Below, piece after piece: positions 17,728-27,090 of a stretch of 64,000 nucleotides of DNA. The DNA lies in the NCBI GenBank assembly GCA_022822905.1, contig JAJDYE010000023.1, positions 30,521-94,520 on the forward strand, in the 5' to 3' direction. The notes beneath the pieces were generated by a model, which was given only the letters and a program-made list of their open reading frames with translations, searched no databases and had not been told where the DNA came from. Position 1 is the first letter of the stretch. Each line of letters opens with the position of its first letter. Both the position numbers and the translations under genes were made by a program. This DNA comes from Acidimicrobiia bacterium (GTDB lineage Bacteria > Actinomycetota > Acidimicrobiia > Acidimicrobiales > Bin134).

Positions 17728-19421
17728 GCGCCACCCGCGGTGAATTGAGGGAGATGCAGGCAGAGCTGTGGCAGTGTCGATCCCATCTCAACGCGCTGGA
17801 GCGTTCCTTCGAAGGATGGAGACACTCGGTCGCCCATTGGCAAACAGAGACCTGCGATCTCAACAACGAGCAAGCTGAACAGCGAACCTTCGAGACCAAA
17901 CACCGCCGAGAGCAGGCCCGACTGGACACCATCGAAGAGAACATCGGTGCTGAGTACGCAGAGATCCTTGCTGCCCGTGATTCCTGCCAACGCAAGATGG
18001 ATGATGTGGAAACCCGCCTGCCGGCCACCCGCAAGAAGCGAGAACTCGCCGTTGAACGACGGGCCGACACGCGCGCCAAGGCCGACGCCGCCGCCAGCCA
18101 GCGGGCCGCATCCGAGCAGAAGTGCGAGGAGATGCGGCAGTCATTGGCCGCAGTGCTCGCCATCCCGGGGCTACGAGCGGCTGTCGCCCACCCCGAGCAC
18201 CCTGATTCGGGGCATGTATCCACGGTGGCCACCGGTGCCGCCGGTCTCGGCGAACTGGTCGAGGCTGTCGAGCACCTCTTGGGCACCAGCCAAAGCGGCG
18301 ACGGCACCGATCCCTCCCCGCCATCTCCACCAAGTGGGGAACGAGATGCCGGCACAGGCACGCAGGGCGGCGCGGCCACAACCACCGCCGACGGGGTTCG
18401 GCAATCGCTGCTACGGCGTCGAGACACCCTCGGTGCCGGATGGGATGCCGAGGCCAGACAGCCTGATCCAGCCCAGCCGCTGGTCATTGAGGTAACCGGG
18501 CCGCTGGGCAAAAGGGCCCCGCTGGTCGAGGCGATGCAGACGGTGGAGCAGCAACATCAGCAGCTCGCGGGCTTGCTCAGCCGCAAGCAGGACGACGCAT
18601 TGCGCGAACTGCTCCAAGGGTTGGTCGCCCGCGAGGTGGCCGAGAAAGTTCGGGGAGCGAAGCGGTTGGTCGATCTCATGAACCAGCGGCTCGAAACGGT
18701 TACCACTGCCCATCATGTCGGGGTGAGGCTGCGATGGCGCCGCTCCCCTGAACTCGATCCAGCCACAGCCCGCAAGGTCGACCTGCTGGCGACTCTCCCC
18801 GACTTGCGAACCGATGAAGATGAGCAGGAGTTGCGACTTGCGCTCTCCAATCAGCTGGACGAGGCCCGAAGGCTCCATCCAGATACGCCTTACCGACAGC
18901 TCATCGCCGACACGCTCGACTACAAGCAGTGGCATGACTTGGCGGTCATGCTGCGACGGCCGGGCAGCAGCGATGTCCGGCTCAGCCGACGCACACCGCT
19001 GTCGGAAGGCGAGAAGAAACTGGTGACCTACCTGCCCTTGTTCGCCGCGGTGGCCGCTTCCTATGACGCCCTGGCCGAGCAGCATCGCACTCCCGACAAC
19101 GGCCCGCCGGGCATCGCCCGGTTCATCCTGCTCGACGACGCATTCGCCAAGGTGTCCGAAGATAACCACGATCAGTTGTTCGGGTTGCTCGTGGATCTAG
19201 ATCTCGACTTGATTGCCACCAGCGAACGGCTGTGGGGCACCCTCCCGAGCGTCCCCGAGTTGGCGATCATCGAGGTCTGTCGGGATGCGACCCTCAATAC
19301 CATCCTCCTGGAGCACTACCATTGGGACGGCATCACCCGCGAACCCCGAGACACACCAGACGGCAGCACCAGCGCTCGCGCTGCCGTGAACCTCGACCAA
19401 GGGCACCGGTCCCTGCAATGA
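17592..19421 (+). CDS. jetC: SMC-like ABC ATPase (JetC / TIGR02680-like), C-terminal fragment
   Basis: Its ATG lies inside the 34-nt spacer. Coiled coil, then an ABC-signature-like LSEGEKK and Walker B/D-loop ARFILLDDAFAKV. The stop overlaps the next ATG. Confidence 0.75.
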   Translation: MARLAQPCLGVIRQAAEAERRQLDESNALHQKATTLALPADRAGLSATRGELREMQAELWQCRSHLNALERSFEGWRHSVAHWQTETCDLNNEQAEQRTFETKHRREQARLDTIEENIGAEYAEILAARDSCQRKMDDVETRLPATRKKRELAVERRADTRAKADAAASQRAASEQKCEEMRQSLAAVLAIPGLRAAVAHPEHPDSGHVSTVATGAAGLGELVEAVEHLLGTSQSGDGTDPSPPSPPSGERDAGTGTQGGAATTTADGVRQSLLRRRDTLGAGWDAEARQPDPAQPLVIEVTGPLGKRAPLVEAMQTVEQQHQQLAGLLSRKQDDALRELLQGLVAREVAEKVRGAKRLVDLMNQRLETVTTAHHVGVRLRWRRSPELDPATARKVDLLATLPDLRTDEDEQELRLALSNQLDEARRLHPDTPYRQLIADTLDYKQWHDLAVMLRRPGSSDVRLSRRTPLSEGEKKLVTYLPLFAAVAASYDALAEQHRTPDNGPPGIARFILLDDAFAKVSEDNHDQLFGLLVDLDLDLIATSERLWGTLPSVPELAIIEVCRDATLNTILLEHYHWDGITREPRDTPDGSTSARAAVNLDQGHRSLQ

Positions 19422-20998
19422 CCGATGCCTCCCCCTCCCTCGCCCCCAATGGGAATGCCGCACCGGCCCGACAGCTATTCCGCTATCTGGGCGGCGACGA
19501 ATGGGCGGAGTACCGGGCCATCCTCCGCGTGTTCGCCGGCACATTCTTCACCGATTTCAGTCCCGAAGAAGTAGAAGTCGAGGTCGCTCCCGCCGGAGTT
19601 GACCCGTCAGCGGTGCCCGACCGGCTGGAGAGTCTCTACCGCTGGGGCAATCTCACCGTGTCGTCATCGGTCGGCAACCCTTCGAGCCTCGAAGACTACA
19701 ACCTCAAGCGCAAGCGCTATCTCATCACTCGGGCCGGACAGGAGGTATTCGAGTTTGTTGAGCAGATGCTGGCCAACGTGGACCAAATCGGCGATGTGCA
19801 AGCCGGTCGCCTCCGCGACCTCCACCGCGCCCTGATAGTGCTAGGCCAGCATGGTGAAGCCGGCTTCGACCGAGTCGGCGGTCAAGACCTAGGCGATGCG
19901 GTGCGGGCAGTGTTCGATCTCCATGAGCGCTTCACCGACGAGTTGACGCAGTTCTTCGCCGAACTCAACCAGTGGCAAAGCCGCTATGACCTCGACGCCG
20001 ACGAGGTCCACTTCTTCGCCAGCGTACTGGTGGACTACGTAGCGGAGCAGCTCACCGAGGTCGAGCGCATGACCCGGCCGATCGCCCGGGCGCTTGAGCA
20101 GATTCTGCCCCGACTTGACACCCTGCTTCCCGCACTGCGGTCCGGCTTGGCCGCGCGCGTAGACGAAGCCGGATTGGCGGAGAATGTGGCGGTACGGCGG
20201 CTGCCCGGCACAGAATCCGCCGATTGGCGATACCTCGAAGCATGGTTCACCGCCAGCCCCGGAAGGCCATCGCGGCTCGACCTGCACACCCGTCAGGCGG
20301 TGGCCGCGGTGCGAACCCTCACCGCCAATGTGACCCGGCTGTCTCGAGTCGGACTCGGCGCGGCATCGAGGCGCTCCGACTTCGTGCGGCTTGCCAGGTT
20401 CTTCGATCAGGCCGCCACTCCCGATGATGCTCATCAGATCGCGGCTGGCGCATTCGGACTCGGCTCGTGTCGCCGTCTCAGCGCGCTCGCCGATGACGCC
20501 GATGACCCCGTCCCCACAATTACCCCATGGCGGGACGCGCCCCGAGCAGTGGTCCCAGTGGCCTTGCGAGAGCGCGGCGAAACCGGATTGCGCGGCCAGC
20601 CGACGCCGATCCCCAACCGAGGGAGCGAACGAGAGATGATGCGCCGACGCCGCGAGATTGACCGCTCCACTCGTGAGAATGCGGCCACCGAACTGCTGGC
20701 CTGCGCGGGCAACGACGGGCAAATCGACGGTGCCCAGTTGTCGTTGGCCTCATTCACCATGCTGCGCGATCTCATCAGCCGATCTGGTCTGCGATCTGGC
20801 ATCGCGGCCGACAGCCGCTCCGCAACCGACGCTGGAGTCCGGTGCGAAGTGCTGCGGGTCGAAGGAGGGCGCACTGTGGTCTGCTGCCCCGACGGTCAGC
20901 TCACCATGCACGATCTCATCGTCACCGTCACCCCGGTCAAGAACAACTCATCGGCGGCCTCAACCTCTACTCCATCGCCGATGCCCGCGTCCCTATGA
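19418..20998 (+). CDS. jetA: JetA-like subunit (DUF2397 / TIGR02677-type)
   Basis: ATGA overlap with jetC. The N-terminus LFRYLGGDEWAEYRAILRVFAGTFFTDFSPEEV resembles my recollection of the TIGR02677 family. Operon position supports the call. Confidence 0.65.
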   Translation: MTDASPSLAPNGNAAPARQLFRYLGGDEWAEYRAILRVFAGTFFTDFSPEEVEVEVAPAGVDPSAVPDRLESLYRWGNLTVSSSVGNPSSLEDYNLKRKRYLITRAGQEVFEFVEQMLANVDQIGDVQAGRLRDLHRALIVLGQHGEAGFDRVGGQDLGDAVRAVFDLHERFTDELTQFFAELNQWQSRYDLDADEVHFFASVLVDYVAEQLTEVERMTRPIARALEQILPRLDTLLPALRSGLAARVDEAGLAENVAVRRLPGTESADWRYLEAWFTASPGRPSRLDLHTRQAVAAVRTLTANVTRLSRVGLGAASRRSDFVRLARFFDQAATPDDAHQIAAGAFGLGSCRRLSALADDADDPVPTITPWRDAPRAVVPVALRERGETGLRGQPTPIPNRGSEREMMRRRREIDRSTRENAATELLACAGNDGQIDGAQLSLASFTMLRDLISRSGLRSGIAADSRSATDAGVRCEVLRVEGGRTVVCCPDGQLTMHDLIVTVTPVKNNSSAASTSTPSPMPASL

Positions 20999-22197
20999 CC
21001 ACCCCACCCGCAGCCACAGAGACGGCCAATCGACAGCAGGAGCTGGATCTCCGCAGCGCTGCCCGCCATCTCGTCAGACATCCGCTTGTGCTGGCCGAAA
21101 ATGATCCTGAGATGCTGGCGCTGATCCGCCGACACGAGCACACACTCGACCGTTGGTTCACCCAGCGCTTCGGCTATCGCCTTCAGGTCACCGCCGACAC
21201 TGCCCGCTTGTTCAAGTCGTCGGTGGTCGCCCGTCGGCGCCCGCTGCTGACGGCAACTAGCCAGAGCCGTGCCTTCTCCTCGCGTGAATACACGTTGCTC
21301 GCCCTGTCCTTGGCCGCGGTCGCCGCCGGGCCGACCGTGATCAGCCTTCGCGATCTGATCCACGAGATCCGCTCTGCGGCCACCGATGCCGACATCGTCC
21401 TGACCGAAGAAGCAACCGACCGCCGCGCCTTGGTCACCGCCTTGAAGTGGATGATCCAGTACGGCTTGGCCAGCGAGATGCACGAGCACATTGACCGCTA
21501 TGTCTCCGATGAATCCGCCGACGCAGTGCTGCGCATCCGCCCCGACCGCGTCGCGCTGTTGCCACTTCCGGCGCTGGCCAGTTCGGAGGCTGCGCCGCAA
21601 TTGCTCGACCGCTCCGACCGGCGGCTGTCTTCGCGGGCATGGATGCGCTCCACATTGTTGGAAGAGGCGGTGCTGTACCGCACCGACCTCACCGACGGCG
21701 AGTGGGCCGAACTGCGACAGCGCCTGGGAGAGGAGGGAGCGATCTTCGACGACATGTTCGGGCTACGGCTTGAATCAAGGGCCGAGGGCATCATGGCCAT
21801 CGATCCCGACAACGAGATGACCGACAGCCGCTTCCCCCGCAGCGGCACCGTCGGGCACGCGGCCCTCCTGCTCCTCGACCGGCTCGCCCACTCCGTTTCT
21901 TCAGCACCGGTGGAAGAACAACCCGACAACCAGATAGCCGAGAACCGCGATCCTGATGGGGCGGGGCGGACCCCAATCACCCGTGATGAGGTCGTCGAGG
22001 TAGTGACTGCACTGGCCTCCGAACACCGCCGCTATTGGTCACAAGACGCTCAGAACCCAGAGCGTTTCGCCAACGACATCCTCGATCTGCTGGAAGACCA
22101 CCGCTTGGTCGAGGTGACCGGCGATGTGGTCTGGCTCCTGCCCCCCGCCTGGCGATACTCGGTAGACGTCCAATATCAGCAGGACTCGCTGTTGTGA
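20995..22197 (+). CDS. jetB: JetB-like subunit (DUF2398 / TIGR02678-type)
   Basis: ATGA overlap with jetA. 400 aa. LVRHPLVLAENDPEMLALIRRHEHTLDRWFTQRFGYRLQVTADTARL is as recalled for TIGR02678. Confidence 0.6.
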   Translation: MTTPPAATETANRQQELDLRSAARHLVRHPLVLAENDPEMLALIRRHEHTLDRWFTQRFGYRLQVTADTARLFKSSVVARRRPLLTATSQSRAFSSREYTLLALSLAAVAAGPTVISLRDLIHEIRSAATDADIVLTEEATDRRALVTALKWMIQYGLASEMHEHIDRYVSDESADAVLRIRPDRVALLPLPALASSEAAPQLLDRSDRRLSSRAWMRSTLLEEAVLYRTDLTDGEWAELRQRLGEEGAIFDDMFGLRLESRAEGIMAIDPDNEMTDSRFPRSGTVGHAALLLLDRLAHSVSSAPVEEQPDNQIAENRDPDGAGRTPITRDEVVEVVTALASEHRRYWSQDAQNPERFANDILDLLEDHRLVEVTGDVVWLLPPAWRYSVDVQYQQDSLL

Positions 22198-23468
22198 CAT
22201 CCGACCCATTCCCCGAGCCGTCCCCCCGCTCGACCGCTGCACCTGCGGCATCCCGGCCTGTCCCCGAGTCGCTGCTCACCTCTGGACTGGAGCCGGTGTG
22301 GTGCGCAACCCGCCAACGGCTCGACCGCTTCGGCCCCCAGCGCCGGGGCACGATCAGCTGCCCGCCGCTCGACCCCGCGAGCGCCCTGGCCATCGAGTCG
22401 CTGCTGGGGCGAACCTCAGCCAGGCGCTTGGACTTGGAGGAATTGGAAGCAGCCCTCGTGGCCCGTGGCATCGGCGCCGATCTTTGCGACGCGCTCACTC
22501 GACTTGGATATCCCCCGTCGGCCGAGGCCGCCCGACGAAGGAGCGATCGTTCCCGCGCCCAAGAGGCCCGGGCGGCGCTGCACGACACCGTCACCGCTTG
22601 GGACGAGCCTTGGACTGCTGAGTGGGCTGATGGCATCGCGGGCGCTGGATTATTGCGAGACTTGGACGGCGAAAGCGCTGCCCGTCTCACCGCCGATGTG
22701 CGCCGCTTGCTCGACTATCTTGATCGCGTTCGACCCGAAGGCATCAGCCGCACAGAGACCGCCGCCGCTCTCTACGGGTCGGCGCACGCCCTCGACGCTG
22801 GCACAAGGCGGGCCAGCGCGGTAACCCACGCTCTGCGCCACCGGATCGGCCCGCTGGATGAGCGCGAGCTCTGGGAGGCGGCTGGCATCCTTCCTGACCG
22901 CGTTTCGGCTCCAGCACTTGTCTGGTGGCTTCCGGTCGCTGGCTCTTCGGCATTGGATGTGCAGATCCGATTTGCCCTCCAGGCTGGGTTGCCCCTTCAC
23001 ATCAGCTTGTTTGCCCTGCGAAAGCACCCCATCTCCGTCGATGCAGGCACCCCCGTGCTTGTCGTCGAGAATCCAAGACTGGTCGAGGCCGCTGCCGAGC
23101 GCAGCCTGCCGGTCTGCGTGATCTCGTCCAATGGGAACCCCTCCACTGCGGTTACCACCCTGCTTCGCCAACTCCAGCAAGCCGAGGCATCCCTCTGGTA
23201 TCACGGCGACTTCGACTCGCCAGGCATAGCCATATGCCGCCGAATGCACGAATTCGGCTGCTCACCGTGGATGATGGATTCCCCCGAATACGTCGGCGCG
23301 ATCCGACAAGCGGAAGAGTCCGATGTGCAACTCATGTCGGATCACAAAGAATGCGGCCCAACTCCGTGGGATCCAAAGCTCCAAGCTGCGTTCGACCACC
23401 ACCGCCTCATCATCCACGAAGAGTTCGTGCTCGACGGCGTTCTCAACCGCTTCAGCCGAGTCAACTAG
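22194..23468 (+). CDS. jetD: JetD-like subunit (DUF2399 / TIGR02679-type) with C-terminal Toprim-like nuclease domain
   Basis: GTGA overlap with jetB. C-terminus VLVVENPRLVE...VISSNGNPSTA...LWYHGDFDSPGIAICRRM gives the Toprim E ... DxD pattern. Confidence 0.7.
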   Translation: MTSDPFPEPSPRSTAAPAASRPVPESLLTSGLEPVWCATRQRLDRFGPQRRGTISCPPLDPASALAIESLLGRTSARRLDLEELEAALVARGIGADLCDALTRLGYPPSAEAARRRSDRSRAQEARAALHDTVTAWDEPWTAEWADGIAGAGLLRDLDGESAARLTADVRRLLDYLDRVRPEGISRTETAAALYGSAHALDAGTRRASAVTHALRHRIGPLDERELWEAAGILPDRVSAPALVWWLPVAGSSALDVQIRFALQAGLPLHISLFALRKHPISVDAGTPVLVVENPRLVEAAAERSLPVCVISSNGNPSTAVTTLLRQLQQAEASLWYHGDFDSPGIAICRRMHEFGCSPWMMDSPEYVGAIRQAEESDVQLMSDHKECGPTPWDPKLQAAFDHHRLIIHEEFVLDGVLNRFSRVN

Positions 23469-23488
23469 TGACTGTGAGGTGACTCCGG

Positions 23489-24244
23489 TCACCAGGTGGG
23501 GTTGGTGAGGATCCCGCCGTCCACCACCAGATCGGCTCCGGTGATCCACCGGGCCAGATCGGAGCACAAGAACACGCAGGCGTCCCCGACGTCTTCAGCG
23601 GTGCCCAAGCGGCCGAGCGGGACGGCGGCCGTCCACCGCTCCACGCCCTCGGGCCAGTCGTCGGCCAGACCGGGACGGTCGATCAACCCAGGAGACACCG
23701 AGTTAACCCGAATGCCATGGGGACCCCAAGCAAGAGCAGCCGCCTTGGCGTGCATTACTAGACCGGCTTTGGACGTCGCGTAGTGGCCGTGAACGGGAGT
23801 GGGATGTTGAGCCTCAATGGAGGCGATATGGACGATGGACCCACCAGTGCCCTGTTCCCGCATGGCCGAGGCAGCTGCCTGGGTCAGCCGATGCACCGCG
23901 GTGAGGTTGGTGTCGATCATCTCAGACCATTGCTGATCGTCCAGATCGGTGAACGGAGTCACCGGCTGGATCCCGGCGTTGTTGACCAGGGCGTCAATCC
24001 GCCTGTGTCGATTGAGGGCTGCGTCTACCACCGCAGCTGGACCGTCTTCGGTGTTGAGATCGGCCATCACCTCAGTGACCTCTCCTCCGCCGTGCTCAAC
24101 CGCTGACGACCGAGTGTGGGCCACCACTGAGGCACCCGCGGCAGCCATGCGCCGGACGATCCCCCCGCCAATCCCCCCACCCGCGCCGGTAACCACCACC
24201 ACCTTGCCGGTGAGGTCGATCATCTCAGCAGGCGATGCAGTCAC
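23489..24244 (-). CDS. SDR-family oxidoreductase (FabG-like)
   Basis: VTGAGGGIGGGI, NNAG and YATSK motifs. Confidence 0.85.
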   Translation of the reverse strand: MTASPAEMIDLTGKVVVVTGAGGGIGGGIVRRMAAAGASVVAHTRSSAVEHGGGEVTEVMADLNTEDGPAAVVDAALNRHRRIDALVNNAGIQPVTPFTDLDDQQWSEMIDTNLTAVHRLTQAAASAMREQGTGGSIVHIASIEAQHPTPVHGHYATSKAGLVMHAKAAALAWGPHGIRVNSVSPGLIDRPGLADDWPEGVERWTAAVPLGRLGTAEDVGDACVFLCSDLARWITGADLVVDGGILTNPTW

Positions 24245-24720
24245 GGCCTCACCAACTCAGCGATCTCCCCCGCCGCCGAGGGGTACAGCTCAACAAGCAG
24301 CTCGGCGCTCCCCAGCTCGAAGCCATCATGGTGGTAAGGCGGCGCCATCGTGGTCCCCACCAGCGACCACTCCCCCCGTGTCGAGGCGCCCATCCAAGTG
24401 TGGCCCGGTACCACCACACAAGGCCGCTCCCCCACCTCCAAGTCGTCGCCTAACACCGGCCGCCCCACCAACCCGTCCGGCCCCAGCAACAGCATCTGAA
24501 CAGCCGCCCCCGCATAGTGATGCCACAGCTCCGGCCCATCCAGCCGATGCATCGCTGAGAAGTCCCCCGGCTGAAGCAAGAAATAGATGGCAGTACTCCG
24601 CTCATCCCGCCAAACCTCCCGCCACATCCCCCCTTCCTCCGGCAACGCCACCAACCCCAACATCCCCACCACCTCAGCCCCAGACAAACCCACCAAGTCC
24701 TCCCGCTGCCCCATCGCCAC
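24241..24720 (-). CDS. Cupin-domain protein (DUF985-like)
   Basis: LPEEGGMWREVWRDE...IYFLLQPGDFSAMHRL..PELWHHYAG is typical of DUF985 cupins. Confidence 0.65.
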   Translation of the reverse strand: MAMGQREDLVGLSGAEVVGMLGLVALPEEGGMWREVWRDERSTAIYFLLQPGDFSAMHRLDGPELWHHYAGAAVQMLLLGPDGLVGRPVLGDDLEVGERPCVVVPGHTWMGASTRGEWSLVGTTMAPPYHHDGFELGSAELLVELYPSAAGEIAELVRP

Positions 24721-24737
24721 TGACCCTAGCTTTCCCT

Positions 24738-25139
24738 CTATACAGACCTGCTCCCAGGAGCAACCGAGGCCGCCTCAACCCTTGAATGATCTTGCCCTTC
24801 GAGAGAAGACGGCTCCGGCGATGATGGGTGGGTGAAATTGACTGAGCGGTCGCCAACGCTGATTTCGATGCTGAGCGTTCCGCCAAGAGCGGAAGTGAGC
24901 TTGCACAAAGTGGACAGCTTGGGGTCAGCTGACCGCTCGAGCCTCGACACTCCCCCCTGTGTGATGCCGAGCCTCTCAGCCAGATCGACCTGATTGATGC
25001 CGAGCTCACTCCGCAGTTCTGCCAGCTGAAAGGCGAAGATCTTCGCCTCCACCTTCTGCCCGTACTCCTCCGCCCTGGCACTGCGCACCGGATCGGCATC
25101 AATGGGAGCAGCAAGTTCGTCAAAACTCTTGGTCGTCAT
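24738..25139 (-). CDS. XRE-family HTH antitoxin (HigA-like), apparently orphan
   Basis: LAELRSELGINQVDLAERLGITQGGVSRLERSADPKLSTLCKLTSALG. ATG at 25139. Long low-complexity C-terminal tail. Confidence 0.7.
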   Translation of the reverse strand: MTTKSFDELAAPIDADPVRSARAEEYGQKVEAKIFAFQLAELRSELGINQVDLAERLGITQGGVSRLERSADPKLSTLCKLTSALGGTLSIEISVGDRSVNFTHPSSPEPSSLEGQDHSRVEAASVAPGSRSV

Positions 25140-25143
25140 GAAA

Positions 25144-25203
25144 TCAATCCGAGAGCGAGTTCCACCAGACTTCGAACTGGTGCGCAACCTCCACCTTCCA
25201 CAC
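25144..25203 (-). pseudogene. 19-codon stub resembling the N-terminus of a RelE/HigB-type toxin
   Basis: GTG-WKVEVAHQFEVWWNSLSD-TGA ends 4 nt before the antitoxin ATG. The pattern is like the first ~20 aa of HigB/Gp49-type toxins, but the rest of the gene is missing. Confidence 0.3.
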
Positions 25204-25220
25204 CCGATAATACTACTCAC

Positions 25221-25234
25221 AACTCATATGAGTT
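25221..25234. promoter_or_regulatory. Perfect 14-bp palindrome AACTCATATGAGTT, candidate operator
   Basis: Lies in the divergent AT-rich gap between the toxin-stub/HTH unit and the methyltransferase gene. Confidence 0.4.
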
Positions 25235-25330
25235 ACGAGGGCTTTCCAGGCTTCAGCAATCGCAAAGATGATTCTTCAACGACACCTCAGGTTCCCCGAA
25301 TGTGTCACTGCCTGGGAGTAGGGTCGTGTC

Positions 25331-26281
25331 GTGGGTTATAGAGGCGACTCAGAGGGCACCGCGGACCGCCAAATACCTGTCCCTGGCTGTCGACCCGCTG
25401 ATGCTGCATCAGATCGACAGCCAGACTCGCATGCTCGTTTGAGCGTGGGCGTTGATGGTCCGCTGGATGAGCTGAGTGGCCCCCTTTTGGTGTGCGGCCC
25501 AGCGATCGAGGCCTTGGGATTACTCCCTGATGGATGTGTGCAGACGGTGATCACATCACCGCCGTATTGGTCGCTTCGGGATTACTCGGCCGAGGGTCAG
25601 ATTGGCCGCGATGACGCTCTGGGCGAATACGTCAAGAGCATTGTGATGGCGTTCGACCAGGTGCGCCGGGTACTGACGGATAGCGGCACTGTGTGGCTGA
25701 ACGTGGGCGACTCCTACACCTCGGGAAATCGCAGGTATCGGGCACCTGATCGCAAGAACCGGGCTCGGGCTATGGCGGTTCGGCCTCCCACTCCCGAAGG
25801 GTTGAAGCCCAAGGACCTGATCGGCGTTCCGTGGCGGTTGGCGTTCGCTCTCCAGGATGCGGGGTGGTGGCTGCGTTCCGAAGTCATCTGGTACAAACCC
25901 AACGCCCACCCCGAGTCAGTCTCCGATCGCCCTACCAAGTCCCACGAGACGGTGTTCCTACTGTCCAAGAACCAGGACTACTACTACGACACAGCCGCGG
26001 TGAAGGGCCCCAACGGCCGCCGCCTCCGAACCATGTGGGACATCAACACAGAGCCCCGGAGAAAGAACGCTGGCGGCATCGAAGACCACCCAGCCGTCAT
26101 GCCCATGACCCTGGCCCGCCGCTGCATCCAAATCACCAGCCGCCCAGGCGACACCGTCCTTGATCCATACGCCGGATCAGGGACCACCTTGATTGCTGCC
26201 CAAGATCTCGGTCGAAACTGGGCAGGCATCGAGCTCAACCCTGCCTACGTCGATCTCATTGAGCGCCGGATCACCGAGTGA
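25331..26281 (+). CDS. Beta-class amino-DNA methyltransferase (N4-cytosine or N6-adenine; the SPPY motif favours m4C)
   Basis: Motif IV VITSPPYW lies upstream of motif I TVLDPYAGSGTT (beta permutation). The exact start is uncertain. Confidence 0.85.
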   Translation: MGYRGDSEGTADRQIPVPGCRPADAASDRQPDSHARLSVGVDGPLDELSGPLLVCGPAIEALGLLPDGCVQTVITSPPYWSLRDYSAEGQIGRDDALGEYVKSIVMAFDQVRRVLTDSGTVWLNVGDSYTSGNRRYRAPDRKNRARAMAVRPPTPEGLKPKDLIGVPWRLAFALQDAGWWLRSEVIWYKPNAHPESVSDRPTKSHETVFLLSKNQDYYYDTAAVKGPNGRRLRTMWDINTEPRRKNAGGIEDHPAVMPMTLARRCIQITSRPGDTVLDPYAGSGTTLIAAQDLGRNWAGIELNPAYVDLIERRITE

Positions 26282-27069
26282 ACCAGCCGTACGACCAATC
26301 CACAAATATGGCTGACCTGAGGGCAAGTATTGAAGACCTCTCTCCCATGGGAGAGAGGTTCCTCGCCAGGATCATCGAATCGCTCTCGTCCCCGCTCCAA
26401 GCTGAGATCTCAGATACCTGGCTCGGCCAGACACCTGGGTGGACCGAGTACTTCGGCCTCACGATCTCAGTACACCACGGCACCACCGCCGAGCCTCTGG
26501 GCCTCGTCGGCTTCGAAGTGGCATTCCGCAACGCTTGCGAAGCAGTCGGCTGGGCAGTCGACGAGCCAGGTTCCGCCACCCAGCGCTTCGTGGACATGAC
26601 AGTCCAAACCACCGAGGGCACTGAGAGGAAGCTCTCCTTGAAGTCCACCGCCGCCCTCAGGTTGTCTGCAACCACCGCTCACATCTCCAAGCTCACCGAG
26701 GCTGCCTGGATTCAGGACGTTCGATCCGCCAAGACAAGGCGAGACCAAACCCTCGAACTGTTCCGTCAGTACCGAGAAGCCGTGGACTCCATCATCATGC
26801 TCCGAGCCTTCCGCCCCGACCGCACCTCCCTCCCCACCAAATACCAGCTCCTAGAAATCCCCACCGGCGTCTTCACGTCCCTCGAAGACGCCCCCCTCGA
26901 AGCCTTCGCCGCCGACGGACCTACCATCGACTGCACCTACCTAGGCGACCCTGTCGCCGCCCGCATCTCCCTCGACCGCTCCGACGCCAAGATCACCGTC
27001 AAGCAAATCAAACTCTCAGCCTGCACCCTCCACGCTGAATGGCATTTGGGCATACCGAGGGTCCTATGA
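26278..27069 (+). CDS. Putative type II restriction endonuclease cognate to the upstream methyltransferase
   Basis: GTGA overlap with the MTase stop. No recognisable family, but there is a possible PD-(D/E)xK-like core (FVDMTV...ERKLSLKS). Lower GC than the surroundings. Confidence 0.5.
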   Translation: MNQPYDQSTNMADLRASIEDLSPMGERFLARIIESLSSPLQAEISDTWLGQTPGWTEYFGLTISVHHGTTAEPLGLVGFEVAFRNACEAVGWAVDEPGSATQRFVDMTVQTTEGTERKLSLKSTAALRLSATTAHISKLTEAAWIQDVRSAKTRRDQTLELFRQYREAVDSIIMLRAFRPDRTSLPTKYQLLEIPTGVFTSLEDAPLEAFAADGPTIDCTYLGDPVAARISLDRSDAKITVKQIKLSACTLHAEWHLGIPRVL

Positions 27070-27090
27070 GGGTACGTCGCCCCTGAGATC

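Noticed and set aside
23949-24785. 278-aa Pro/Ala/Ser-rich plus-strand ORF.
   Set aside because: It is antisense to the SDR and cupin genes. The low-complexity Pro-rich translation is a GC-bias artefact.
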